Source of the DNA: Macrostomum lignano | Lineage: Eukaryota | NCBI GenBank assembly: GCA_002269645.1 | Contig: NIVC01001634.1 | Location: forward strand, 1 to 64,000 | Length of the DNA stretch: 64,000 nucleotides | Direction: 5' to 3' | Shown: positions 1 through 10,309 of the stretch, piece after piece | How positions within the stretch are numbered: the stretch's first letter is position 1 | Layout of the letters: every line of letters begins with the position of its first letter | Made by a program: the position numbers and the translations under genes | Notes under the pieces: model-generated | Told to the model about the DNA's origin: nothing | The model's database searches: none | What the model saw: only the letters and a program-made list of their open reading frames with translations

Positions 1-55
1 AATACAGTCAGGTGAATTCCCCGTTCAGAAGCGGACAGCTGATTATGATGCCTAC

Positions 56-139
56 CTGAATGCTGAAAGCAGCTGACAGCAAAGCCAAGGCAGCAGCAAA
101 AGTGACCAGGCAGGAAGCCGGAACACTGCAGGTGGACAT
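56..139 (-). CDS. First coding exon (signal peptide/anchor) of a tandem paralog of the M1 aminopeptidase; the gene continues off the left edge
   Basis: 84 nt encoding MSTCSVPASCLVTFAAALALLSAAFSIQ, followed by a GTAGGC donor. Same as exon 9881-9964 except one synonymous change (TGT/TGC). Confidence 0.75.
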
Positions 140-259
140 TGCTCTTGTGCCCCTTTGCTGTGAGACAGTGGTGGTTGATTCTTTGTCGACTCTGAGATTT
201 TCCTGACTTCAGCTGGGCTTCGTTCAATGTCGGATCACTGTGGCTTGTCGCTTGTCGCT

Positions 260-265
260 CTTATA
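260..265 (-). promoter_or_regulatory. Candidate TATA box (TATAAG) of the aminopeptidase paralog
   Basis: CTCTATAAGAGC on the minus strand ~120 nt upstream of the ATG, conserved in both duplicated copies. Confidence 0.4.
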
Positions 266-458
266 GAGCTCTGTTTGTTCTTTTTAACTTTGCACCGACT
301 TTGTTTGAACAGGCTGTAAAGCAATTGTAGTAGGCAAGAGCAGGCTTTCAGAAGAAGTTTTCACAGCCTCTATAATCCACTTAATTCTATCAATATTATT
401 TCAAAAGCAATCGGAAGAAAAGGTTTGCCTAATCTAATGGCATTTTCAATACGAAGAA

Positions 459-1380
459 CCAGTGCAAGCTACCAGTTTGTACCAGCTACCAATGCAAGCT
501 ACCAGTTTGTACCAGCTACCAGTGCAAGCTACCAGTTTGTACCAGCTACCAGTGAAAGCTACCAGTTTGTACCAGCTACCAGTGCAAGCTACCAGTTTGT
601 ACCAGCTACCAGTGCAAGCTGCCAGTTTGTACCAGCTACCAGTGAAAGCTACCAGTTTGTACCAGCTACCAGTGCAAGCTACCAGTTTGTACCAGCTACC
701 AGTGAAAGCTACCAGTTTGTACCAGCTACCAGTGCAAGCTACCAGTTTGTACCAGCTACCAGTGAAGCTACCAGTTTGTACCAGCTACCAGTGAAAGCTA
801 CCAGTTTGTACCAGCTACCAGTGCACGCTACCAGTTTGTACCAGCTACCAGTGAAAGCTACCAGTTTGTACCAGCTACCAGTGAAAGCTACCAGTTTGTA
901 CCAGCTACCAGTGAAGCTACCAGTTTGTACCAGCTACCAGTGAAAGCTACCAGTTTGTACCAGCTACCAGTGAAAGCTACCAGTTTGTACCAGCTACCAG
1001 TGAAAGCTACCAGTTTGTACCAGCTACCAGTGAAAGCTACCAGTTTGTACCAGCTACCAGTGAAAGCTACCAGTTTGTACCAGCTACCATGAAAGCTACC
1101 AGTTTGTACCAGCTACCAGTGAAAGCTACCAGTTTGTACCAGCTACCAGTGAAAGCTACCAGTTTGTACCAGCTACCAGTGAAAGCTACCAGTTTGTACC
1201 AGCTACCAGTGCAAGCTACCAGTTTGTACCAGCTACCAGTGAAAGCTACCAGTTTGTACCAGCTACCAGTGAAAGCTACCAGTTTGTACCAGCTACCAGT
1301 GAAAGCTACCAGTTTGTACCAGCTACCAGTGCAAGCTACCAGTTTGTACTACGCTCGTAGCTACCAGCTACCAGTGCAAG
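459..1380. repeat. 30-bp minisatellite (CCAGTGAAAGCTACCAGTTTGTACCAGCTA)n
   Basis: Tandem units visible; explains ORFs 425-943, 462-794 and 1089-1430. Confidence 0.97.
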
Positions 1381-1845
1381 AAGCAAAGCACCCATTGCAT
1401 GAAAAATTTCTAGCCTCAATGCAGAAATGAGCTTACAGTAATAAACAAAGACTACGAAAGCCGTTAGGACTTCTCAGAAATTTCTCAGGCAGTTATAAAC
1501 ATGAAAGTTAAAAAAAAATTCACCAGCTTAGGCTGTACTTTTCAAGCATTGCAGCTTGACTTCGAGGTTAATTGGACTAGTTTTTGTGCATGCAAAATGA
1601 TGAGGAAAAAGCAAATAAGGTTATTGCTGTCCATAAATTTTGCGAGTGGACTTCAATCCCGGGCAGCCCTGAAGAAATAATTCGACAAAAATGTGTAGGT
1701 TTATCCCTTCTCAGTAAGATCTTTATAACAGAGCCGTACGGTAACGTATAGATATCGATTCAGAGTTGCCAAAGCTACCAGACCCATGATATCAGGACTG
1801 AAGCGTAGCAGTTGCAGAAGAATGGTAGTGAAAATTGTTGACTTA

Positions 1846-3085
1846 CCATTGTCGGCTGATTTTCCATGCAGGAATGGCATTCTTGCACTCTTTTGCGTGC
1901 AGGAATGGATGTCTATGGTAAAATCTCACTGAAAAAGCATTAGGCGCAGAAATGCATTCCTGCACTGTTTTGTGCATTCCTGCACGATGAATCATCCGAC
2001 AATGGAATTCCTTCACGGTCACTCGTGCGTGAAGGACATCGTGCACTCGTGCGCTAGCGCGCACTCGTGCAGATGTCATTCCCGCACTCGTGACCGTGCA
2101 GGATTATATCATTGTATCACGCTGGCGCGCGTTAGATGCACGATTTACTGTGCGTCTAATGTAGGTGTCTATGGCAATTTTCTATCTGAGTAAAGGCAAC
2201 AAGCGTGCGTCTAACGCGTGCGTGTAATGCACGGAAAGGCTCGATCGATTGGAAGTGTCGGGCGCGTCCGCCTCGGGCAATGAAGATTCTGCCCATTGAC
2301 TTCAGTGTCGTATTGGAAGCATAGAATGCGTCGTCAGTTAGAATATTGATTCGCCTTGTCGACATGAAATGCCGGTAGAGCGCAGCTCGGATACAAATCA
2401 ACGTGGCTGGAGCAAAGTATTCGCCATTCCTCTTGCGAAGTGAGCCATAGAAGTATCGCAATAGACTGTCGATCTCGCGCGGTGTAGAAGTCGCCAAATC
2501 ACGCTGAACTGACGGATGGTTCTCCATGAAGCTCTGCAACTTACCGACATAATATTCGGTAGCCTTTGTCACACTTTTACTAGCAGCGGTGTCCTCGATT
2601 TCGGAAACGAGCTGTTCCAATTCAAGTAGTTCAGCTTCTTCGTCAGGTATCTTCTTGAAAAGTGCCTCCAGAAGATCCTCCTCTTCTCGATCAATTGCCG
2701 ACTCCGGTAGATTATCAGGCTCGTTCAGAATGTCGTCAATCTCATTGGTGGACAAGCCGGAAATCATTTCGTTCGGAAATTTGCTCAGATTCAGAAGTCT
2801 GACTTTAGTTGGTGGCTCAGCCATATTCTCTCACAAGTGATTTTAATTTAACAGCTTCTTATTCCCTTCTTCGCAACACTCAATCAACTTGCGTGCCTTT
2901 CACGCATTTTTGTCTATGGTTAAGACAAATTAACTGAGCGTGCATCTAACGCGCCATCTAAAGTATTAAGCCAACGTAATACAATGCAACTCATACATCG
3001 ATTTTTTGTGCTTAAATGGTCTATGGCACTCGTGCGCTGCGCGCACTCGTGCATAGACCATTTAAGCACGCAAAATCGATGTATG
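1846..3085 (-). mobile_element. Internally deleted Crypton-type (tyrosine recombinase) DNA element with hairpin-rich ends
   Basis: Contains ORF 2156-2824, a shared 28-29-bp core at 2043-2071 and 3026-3053 (each centred in an imperfect palindrome), and a perfect 16-bp inverted repeat at 2127-2142/2939-2954. Exact boundaries uncertain. Confidence 0.65.
2156..2824 (-). pseudogene. N-terminal half of a Crypton/DUF3504-associated tyrosine recombinase (KCTD1/ZMYM/QRICH1-related), truncated before the catalytic domain
   Basis: Motif LLRYFYGSLRKRNGEYFAPATLICIRAALYRH...ILTDDAFYASN..LK...RGG.ARHFQSI resembles the Crypton pre-catalytic region (L..FY..vRK.dG..Y...sL..IRAaL.RH...I..D..F..aN). Similarity stops at ~2235, where terminal-type repeat DNA begins. 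Confidence 0.75.
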
Positions 3086-3851
3086 AATCCTACATTGATA
3101 CTGCATTTGGCCCCGGGGGCAGTTGGGTTGCGGGTTTTCTGCACCTCACGCTCCACAGGTGGCACCAAATGCTTTGGCAACCATTGCATTCTACCTGTTC
3201 ATCCACCTGGATTTAGCCTTCTAGTCTTTTCAGTCTTTGTTTGAGGATGCTCTCGAATAATATCAATATTCGCCGAGAAGAGAACAGTTTTTCGAGAGTT
3301 GAACCTCATTAGGCGGAGTCATTATTATGTAACAGAACACATATAACAGAACACATATAAATGTACGACCTACTTACGACGCTATGCAAAATGTAGAGTT
3401 GAAAATTTTAATGGCGAGCACAAACGAAGACTGTCAGTCCAAGAGAGTGTGGCTGCTTTAAATGAGCCCAATCGCCTTTTCCCCCGATACGATCCCTTCC
3501 CCGATCCTCCACCGAACTTGGTTGGAGTCAGCGTGGCGGCAGCAGCAGGACTGAGTCCGCCTCACAGCCGCTCTCCTCCAGAAAGAAACCACCTGCTTCA
3601 AAGAGGTGGCTGGAGATCACAGAGCAATTGAGATACTCAGCTAACTGCTCAAATGAACGATACCCCCATGTCTTTTAGCAAGTCTTTCCATTTCTCTATT
3701 TGGCGCGTGCAATACAATTAAGCCCATGCACTCTCCCCTCTCTTCGCCAAGCAACTACCAGTAAAAATTCCCAAGCCCCAACTCTGCCTTGCCAAAAACA
3801 ATTGTCTCGATTAGTTTTCGCACTATGGACTCCAGATATGCTCTAGAATCT

Positions 3852-3940
3852 CAGGGGTCGGCAAACTTCGGCCCGCGAAGCCGATCTCTATCCGGTCCCC
3901 GGGGCCTTTGAAAATTCAAAATAGCAATGCGGCCCGCGTC
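3852..3940 (+). mobile_element. hAT (Charlie-like) MITE left-end remnant
   Basis: Starts CAGGGGTCGGCAAAC..CGGCCCGCG, typical of hAT/Charlie termini. A homologous copy lies at 63769-63865. No matching right TIR found. Confidence 0.5.
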
Positions 3941-4303
3941 TCACATCCCTCCTCTTCTCTCTACTCCGATCTATCTCTTCTTCACTTATTTCTCTCTCCT
4001 CTCCTGTTTTCTATTAACTTCTATATCTATATAGAAATACAAAAATCTCTATATTTTCCTCGTAGCTTATATGCCGTACAAAAATGGAGTCCAGCTAATA
4101 TATTGGCTCGCGACCCTCCCTTGAGTTATTAACTTCATCTAACTGCATGCAGTATCTCGAGGGAGGGGGTTTAGGGGCCAGCAATGCTTGCAACCATGGA
4201 TCTTCAACCTTTGCTTGGACGCGAAAGCTTTTCTAGTACACAATGCAATCCAATAACGGTTGTGAACGTGTATCATCGGTCCATTTTTATTCAAAATAGT
4301 TTA

Positions 4304-4326
4304 TACGAGGGGTGTCCAAAAAGTCA
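4304..4326 (+). mobile_element. Possible Tc1/mariner terminal inverted repeat remnant
   Basis: TA followed by CGAGGGGTGTCCAAAAAGT resembles mariner TIR starts; no partner TIR or transposase seen. Confidence 0.3.
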
Positions 4327-4791
4327 AATTTAACATTCAACAGCCAGCAAGAATAGCAGCAACAAATTTATTTCATAGCGCGGCTTTACTTACAAATCAA
4401 AGAGTCAAAGAATTTTGAAAATATCACCAACTTTTCAAAAGTTATGCCTCCTTAACCTCAGTGGGGTACTGCATCTCAATACATAAACAGGAAAACCAAC
4501 TGCACTAAGCAATCTCTCATTGACTTGGGATGTGTTTCGTTTAGTTTGTGGCTGCAACCTCTGTGTTGCTAGTAAAGTGTTTTGATGGCTAAAACATTTA
4601 TCGTCCTTGTTGAGTAGACCTGTCACCAAAATTTTATAATCATTCTTGTATTGAGTGGGAGAGTAGTCGTGCAGAGATGTCGTAGTCGTGACATTAAATC
4701 AATACTCTATTCTATAACAATCCCAATTATTTGGAATTAAATTATCGCTTGTTCACAGTCAACTGAGTAAAAGTCACATCAAGCAATGCTG

Positions 4792-7700
4792 CTAATCCCA
4801 ACCGAGTCTTTTCCAGCTGTTACGCCCACCCAACACCCGATTAACCAAAACTCGCATCTCCACCCGGTCCTTTCCGACTCGCTCCGCTGCCAGACGGATT
4901 CGTTCGATCTGCCGTCGCACGGCGTCTTGAACTCCAACAGCCGAGTGGCTTCGGAAGAACCGTCGGACACGCCGGATACCCGACGTTGAACGAAACGCCA
5001 GTCCGTTTATCAGGCGTTTCAACATGTAGGGACCTTCGAATCGATGCGCAATCGCAGTCCAGTGTCGAGTTAGGAGACGCCAAACCGATCTGGAGCTCAG
5101 ACCGTCGACCAGACAAAGCACCTCTGAAGCTTGCAGCTCCGGGCCTAGCGCCAGAGAGATCAGCCGTTTCTCCACTTCGGGCCGCTTCTTGTCCTCAAAG
5201 GCACCCAGACAGCCGATGATTTCCTCCCGTCGGGCTATCGACTGTGTGCGATTCAATACCGACAAGAGCTGCCAGAAATGCGACACGCCGATGCCGCCGC
5301 CGCTGCTGCCACCAGCTGCGATTCGGCACACAACGCTCCACAAGTCTGGCGAAATAGTCTCTGGTCTGGTGCCATGTAGCCACCGAGGAAACGCTTTCAC
5401 TGCCCAGTTTTCGACGTTTCTATCGCCTGCGTAATCCAAACAAGTTGCTCGAACTCTCTCGAACCCGCTACTGTTCCGGGCTCTCAATCGAGTCAAGCAC
5501 AAATCGTGAACATAGCGCTGCCAGTTATTAAAAGCCTTTGTATCACTCATTGGCACCGCACCACCCATCTCGTACAGATGATTCAGCATGTTTGTCCACA
5601 CCTGTAGGCTGGAGTCGTGACGCAACACATGTACAGCATGCAGTGGATCCTCCGCCCAGACTCGGTCCGCTGCATGCATCGCGAACACATCATCCAGCAG
5701 CAATAAACGACCCGATGGTCTGATGCCGCCTCTGACTGCTTCTCTCAGCAGCTCGGTCATCAGACTGCGCGGGTAAGAGGTTCGATAGAAACCAGTAGCA
5801 TTGGGATTAAGCATGGCCCAACCGCAGTTAGGCAGTTGGATAGTCATTCTCGATCTGGTCATGACCCGTCTGATAACGTCGCCGTCCTGCGTTGCTATCA
5901 CGATCGGGATGCGCCAAAGCCACCGGTTGTGAAGGCGATCGGCTCCTGGCAGACGGTAGCGGCTCTGTCTGAGTCTTAAATTGCAACCAGATTCGTCAGT
6001 CTTAATGGAAGCGAAAATCACCGGGAAGCTTTTCCGCGTTGTCCAGTCGTGCATCACCTCCGCTATCGACGGTTCTCCAGCGGGTCTGTCATTGAGCGTC
6101 TCCTGTAGCGCCTTCCATAGGTCGCTGGTGGCAGCGTTGCCGAATCGATGCCGGCGAATGTAGTTGCGCAGACCAGCGAAGAAGTTCTCGCGTCCCAGCC
6201 AGTCGTGCAGCATGCCAACGAGGGCCGCGCCTTTGCCGTAGCTGATCGAGTCGAACACTTCCGCCGTGTCCTCCGGTCGATGAACGTCGGCCTCGACCGG
6301 GTGCGAAGCTTCCAGAGCGTCGTCGCTCATGGCGCTCAGCAGCTCGGTGCTCACGAACCAGCTCCGCGAGTCGATCAAGCCAGGCCGAATTTCGTCTAAT
6401 TCGTTGTATGACAACCAAGTGGCGAATCCCTCATTTAGCCAAAGGTCGGACCACCAGGCGGGCGAAACTAGATTGCCGAACCACTGGTGAGCCAGCTCGT
6501 GAATCACGGTCGTAGCAATGAATGCGCGAAGTGCCTCTGGTGTGTCTTTCGATGCCAGCAAGCTGGGCTCATGGAAGAGCACTAGGCCCCAGTTCTCCAT
6601 GGCCACGCTGGGAAAGTCTGGCAAGGACACGAGGTCAATCTTAGACAGGGGATAATTCGTGCCAAACAGTTTACCAAAATGTGTCAAGGTTTTGTTGGCG
6701 ATGCCCAACGAAAACGAGCCTTCATGGCGGCGTCCTGGAGGCGTGTAGACTCTGATGTTTATACCATTTTCGTCGACGGTTTTCAACGGTTGGTCGAACC
6801 GACCTATGACGAATGCCAGCAGGTAGGTTGACATTGGCGGTGTACGAGCGAATCGGACTTCGACCCGAGCGGCGCTTTGATTTTTGGAAGACGACGAGTG
6901 TGTTATTAGCTTCCGTGACACCGTAGGCGAGTTGGACAGCGCGAGTAGGTCAGCCGGGACTGTCAGGGTCAGATCGAAGGTGGCCTTCATTGCCGGCTCG
7001 TCCCAGCACAGAAACGCTTTCCGAGCGTCTGTGGGCTCAAAATGAGTGGCAATTATTATCGAGTCCAAGTGTGGCGGGTTACCAGGTGGTGAAGCTACTC
7101 GAAATACGCCAGATAGACGGGTGTTGATGCGAGCTGTGAACGATGCGTAGAGCTCCCAGATGCCCGGAGGGACTGGGTCAGCAAAATTCAGACTGATCAT
7201 TTGTGCGTCACGATCATACGTCACGTTCAGAGGCGAACCTGAAAGGGAGCAGGTTGGTTGAGTTGGTTGAGAAAAGCAGTAACTTGTAATTTTCATGCTC
7301 AATGAACGGATCGCAATGTTAAACCGCGGTCTGGCGCAAATGGGGTAGTTAATTCTTGTCTAATTAGGCATGGCGCTCGGGCTGTGGGTTTAGACACTGA
7401 AAAGGAATAAAGCTAGGCTCGAAATGTGCTTTCCCGCCTCCCTGCCTTTTTCTGCGCCCCAGCACTCCAGCTGATATTACTCTGTCTTGGCCCCTTGGCT
7501 GGCTGTCGAACGGCGTAATTTTCAATTAAATCTTTTAATTCCCCGTGCTAATTCGCCTATTCTCTTTCTTTGGCCTCAGCATTGCCTCTCAATCCTCAGA
7601 TCGCAGAGGACGAATTTGAGAGAACTTGCTGTGGCAGCGGCCTCGAGGAAGGGTTTTGAACCCGTCTGGCAACTCTATAAATCTGCGCATAAAGATCCTC

Positions 7701-9964
7701 GGAAGCGTCTTGACACGGTCAAGTTCAGTGACATCTTTGCTTTCAGGCAAGGGTTCGACGTTGCGTTCCGGCCGAGGACTATACCGGTCAATGCTACGAT
7801 CAAGGGGCTGTACCAGCATCATTATCTGCGATATCATCAAGATCCTTCTGGGACAGTAGCTCGTATCACGTCCACAGCCTGCTTCATCCAGCCAGCACCG
7901 TGCTCTTATTTGTACAACCGCCTTGAAAGCCAGCAATCTGGTGTACGATACCAGCATCCCTATGTGAACTTTGGCATCAAACTTTCTCTTTGCCATGGCT
8001 TAACCTTAACTTTCCATTTGATGCTTGCCTGGCCTACCAGCAACTCCCAGTTTAGGAGCTTGACAATTCAGCAACCACCTCATGAGCCACAGCATTTCAG
8101 CGATACCCCATTAGTCTTAACGACTCAGCAACTCCCCCCCCCTCCGACGAGCTTTGGCATATCAGCAATTCCTTCCAAGAGCCACAGCATTTCAGCAATT
8201 ACTGCATGAGTCTTAACATCTTAGCCACTAATCCAGTCCAGTCTTATGGTTGAATCCTAACCCTAACTTTAACCCTGCTAAGAGCCACAGCATTAACCGA
8301 GCCCCATGCTTCGCTAGGGTAAGAAAGGAGGTCCGCATCCTCAAGCACAACTTGGACTTCTTCACATATCAAACGCGACCTCTGGTTGTCCTTCTAGCGC
8401 AAACTGGTTCCTCACCTCCCTTCATTAACCAGCAGGATTTTTTTCCAAAGCCTGCTAAAGCTAACTCAAATTAAAAATAGACAATTTACTATAGCTATCA
8501 ACTCCCTGAAACCAATAAACCCCCTTGGACTCCCTGGACTTCCCTGGACTCCCTAGGACTCCCCTGGACTCCCAGTTCCAGCAACCCCCACACAGAGACA
8601 GAGACGCATGCTTTATTGCCGTCAATTAGGAAAATTAAATATTGTGACCCAGTCAATAATTTTCAATTTTCAAGAGGACAGAAGGTGACACACAGGTAAG
8701 CCAACCTAGGTCTCCGCTGTCAAGTTGCCTATCATCAGCTCTAAAACTATCCAGTAGCAATTAAAATCTGCACTTCACGCAGCCACATGAAGCATTTCTC
8801 CCAACAGCAACAGCATAGGAATCCTACTCACGTCCGCTCAGACTGGGAGCGCCTGTCAGAAGCACCGCGTTGCCGTTGAGAACTATTGAAGTGACTGCCT
8901 CGGATATCTGAAATTTTATAATGAGCTTCGTTGTTAGTATTTATGTCTCCTTTATTTGCACCCATCCCCTGTCATCTCTCCTTCTCCCAACTTTTCATAC
9001 TCAGAAAGCTTCAAAACGTCACTCACTGCAATTGTTGCAATCATTTTTCCAGCCAGAATGTTTGACGCTAAGTTGGGCTCAAAGAACAGCTGATAGTTTA
9101 ACGGTTTCACATGGGCTGGCAGTCTGCGAGCGATGCAGTCACAAAGTATTCTTATGGTTTGTTATAATTAGCTGGTGGGAAATTGGTGCTTTTCGAACTT
9201 TGAAGTGATGATAAGAGTGACAATGAGAGTGGAAATTAGGAGTGACGATAAGAGTGACAAAGTGAGTGACAACAGAGTGACAATACGAATTATATCAGGA
9301 GTGACGATAAGAGTGACAATGCGAGTGAGATCAGGAGTGACAATAAAAGTGACAATGCGAGTGAGATCAGGAGTGATAAGAGATGCGAGTGAGATCAGGA
9401 GTGCCAGTTACAGTAGAAAGCTTCACAATAAATTACTCGATCAGGAGTGACAATGCGAGTGAGATCAGGAGTGACGATAAGAGTGACAATGCGAGTGAGA
9501 TTAGGAGTGAAGATAAGACTAACAATGCGAGTGAGATCAGGAGTGATAAGAGATACGAGTGAGATCAGGAGTGACATAAGAGTGACAATGCGAGTGAGAT
9601 CAGGATTGACGATAAGACTAACAATGCGAGTGAGATCAGGAGTGACAATAAAAGTGACAATGCGAGTGAGATCAGGAGTGATAAGAGATGCGAGTGAGAT
9701 CAGGAGTGCCAGTTACAGTAGAAAGCTTCACAATGAATTACTCTCAGACATTTTCAGCTGTGCAGAGCGAGTACTTGCCTGTACTTTCGCGTCGAACTTG
9801 CTGCAGATGTCACCTGAAATCGATCAATACAGTCAGGTGAATTCCCCGTTCAGAAGCGGACAGCTGATTATGATGCCTACCTGAATGCTGAAAGCAGCTG
9901 ACAGCAAAGCCAAGGCAGCAGCAAAAGTGACCAGACAGGAAGCCGGAACACTGCAGGTGGACAT
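4792..9964 (-). CDS. M1-family zinc aminopeptidase (aminopeptidase N / puromycin-sensitive-like) with N-terminal signal peptide/anchor, ~921 aa
   Basis: Exons 9964-9881, 9813-9779, 9150-9027, 8907-8832 and 7238-4792 join in phase (2766 nt). They give the signal peptide, the RRLPAHVKPLNYQLFFEPNL M1 N-terminal motif, THFEPTDARKAFLCWDEPAMKATF, VAMENWG, the HELAH-x18-E zinc site and SYGKG (catalytic Tyr). Confidence 0.9.
7487..8209 (+). other. Unassigned 240-codon ORF antisense within aminopeptidase intron 4; possibly a decayed retroelement fragment
   Basis: Non-repetitive open frame with no recognisable domain; only a weak resemblance to the LINE endonuclease-RT linker region. Confidence 0.2.
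9200..9735. repeat. 24/36-bp minisatellite (GAGTGACAATGCGAGTGAGATCAG-type) filling aminopeptidase intron 2
   Basis: Tandem units, with a larger block duplicated (ending ..GTGCCAGTTACAGTAGAAAGCTTCACAAT at ~9430 and ~9733). Confidence 0.9.
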
Positions 9965-10068
9965 TGCTCTTGTGCCCCTTTGCTTTGAGAAATCAGTGTT
10001 TGATTCTTTGACGACTTGGGTGTTTGACTGACTCTTCGTTCAAGGTCGGATCACTGTGGCTTGTCGCT

Positions 10069-10074
10069 CTTATA
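10069..10074 (-). promoter_or_regulatory. Candidate TATA box (TATAAG) of the aminopeptidase gene
   Basis: ~105 nt upstream of ATG 9964; conserved with the copy at 260-265. Confidence 0.4.
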
Positions 10075-10309
10075 GAGCTCTGTTTGTTCTTTTTAACTTT
10101 GCACCGACTTTGTTTGAACAGGCTGTAAAGCATTTGATATATCTTCCTTCTTCTCACTCCCTGAGCTGTGAGTTGATTAAAGGATTTGATCAGAGCAAAT
10201 GCGTTGAACATACGAGTATTTGAAAAGTTGCCTTCGTTTTGTAACTTTCACCAAAAAGACTAAGACGAAAAATTCATGTCTGAATTGAGGGTGAGGTAAA
10301 GAATGAAAG

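Larger units (their letters stand above)
1..323. repeat. Direct segmental duplicate of 9826-10132 (aminopeptidase promoter, 5'UTR, exon 1, part of intron 1)
   Basis: Direct sequence comparison. Intron and exon parts are (near) identical; the 5'UTR part has several indels and substitutions. Confidence 0.95.

Noticed and set aside
7239-7371. Intronless aminopeptidase starting at 7302/7296, or read-through of the in-frame TAG at 7360-7362
   Set aside because: A strong acceptor (CTCCCTTTCAG) at 7239 joins in phase to upstream exons that supply the missing M1 N-terminus, so this stretch is intron.
8832-9150. Cadherin-like reading of the small exons (LFFEPNL..IATIA..)
   Set aside because: Extending the exon upstream reveals RRLPAHVKPLNYQL, the M1 aminopeptidase N-terminal motif.
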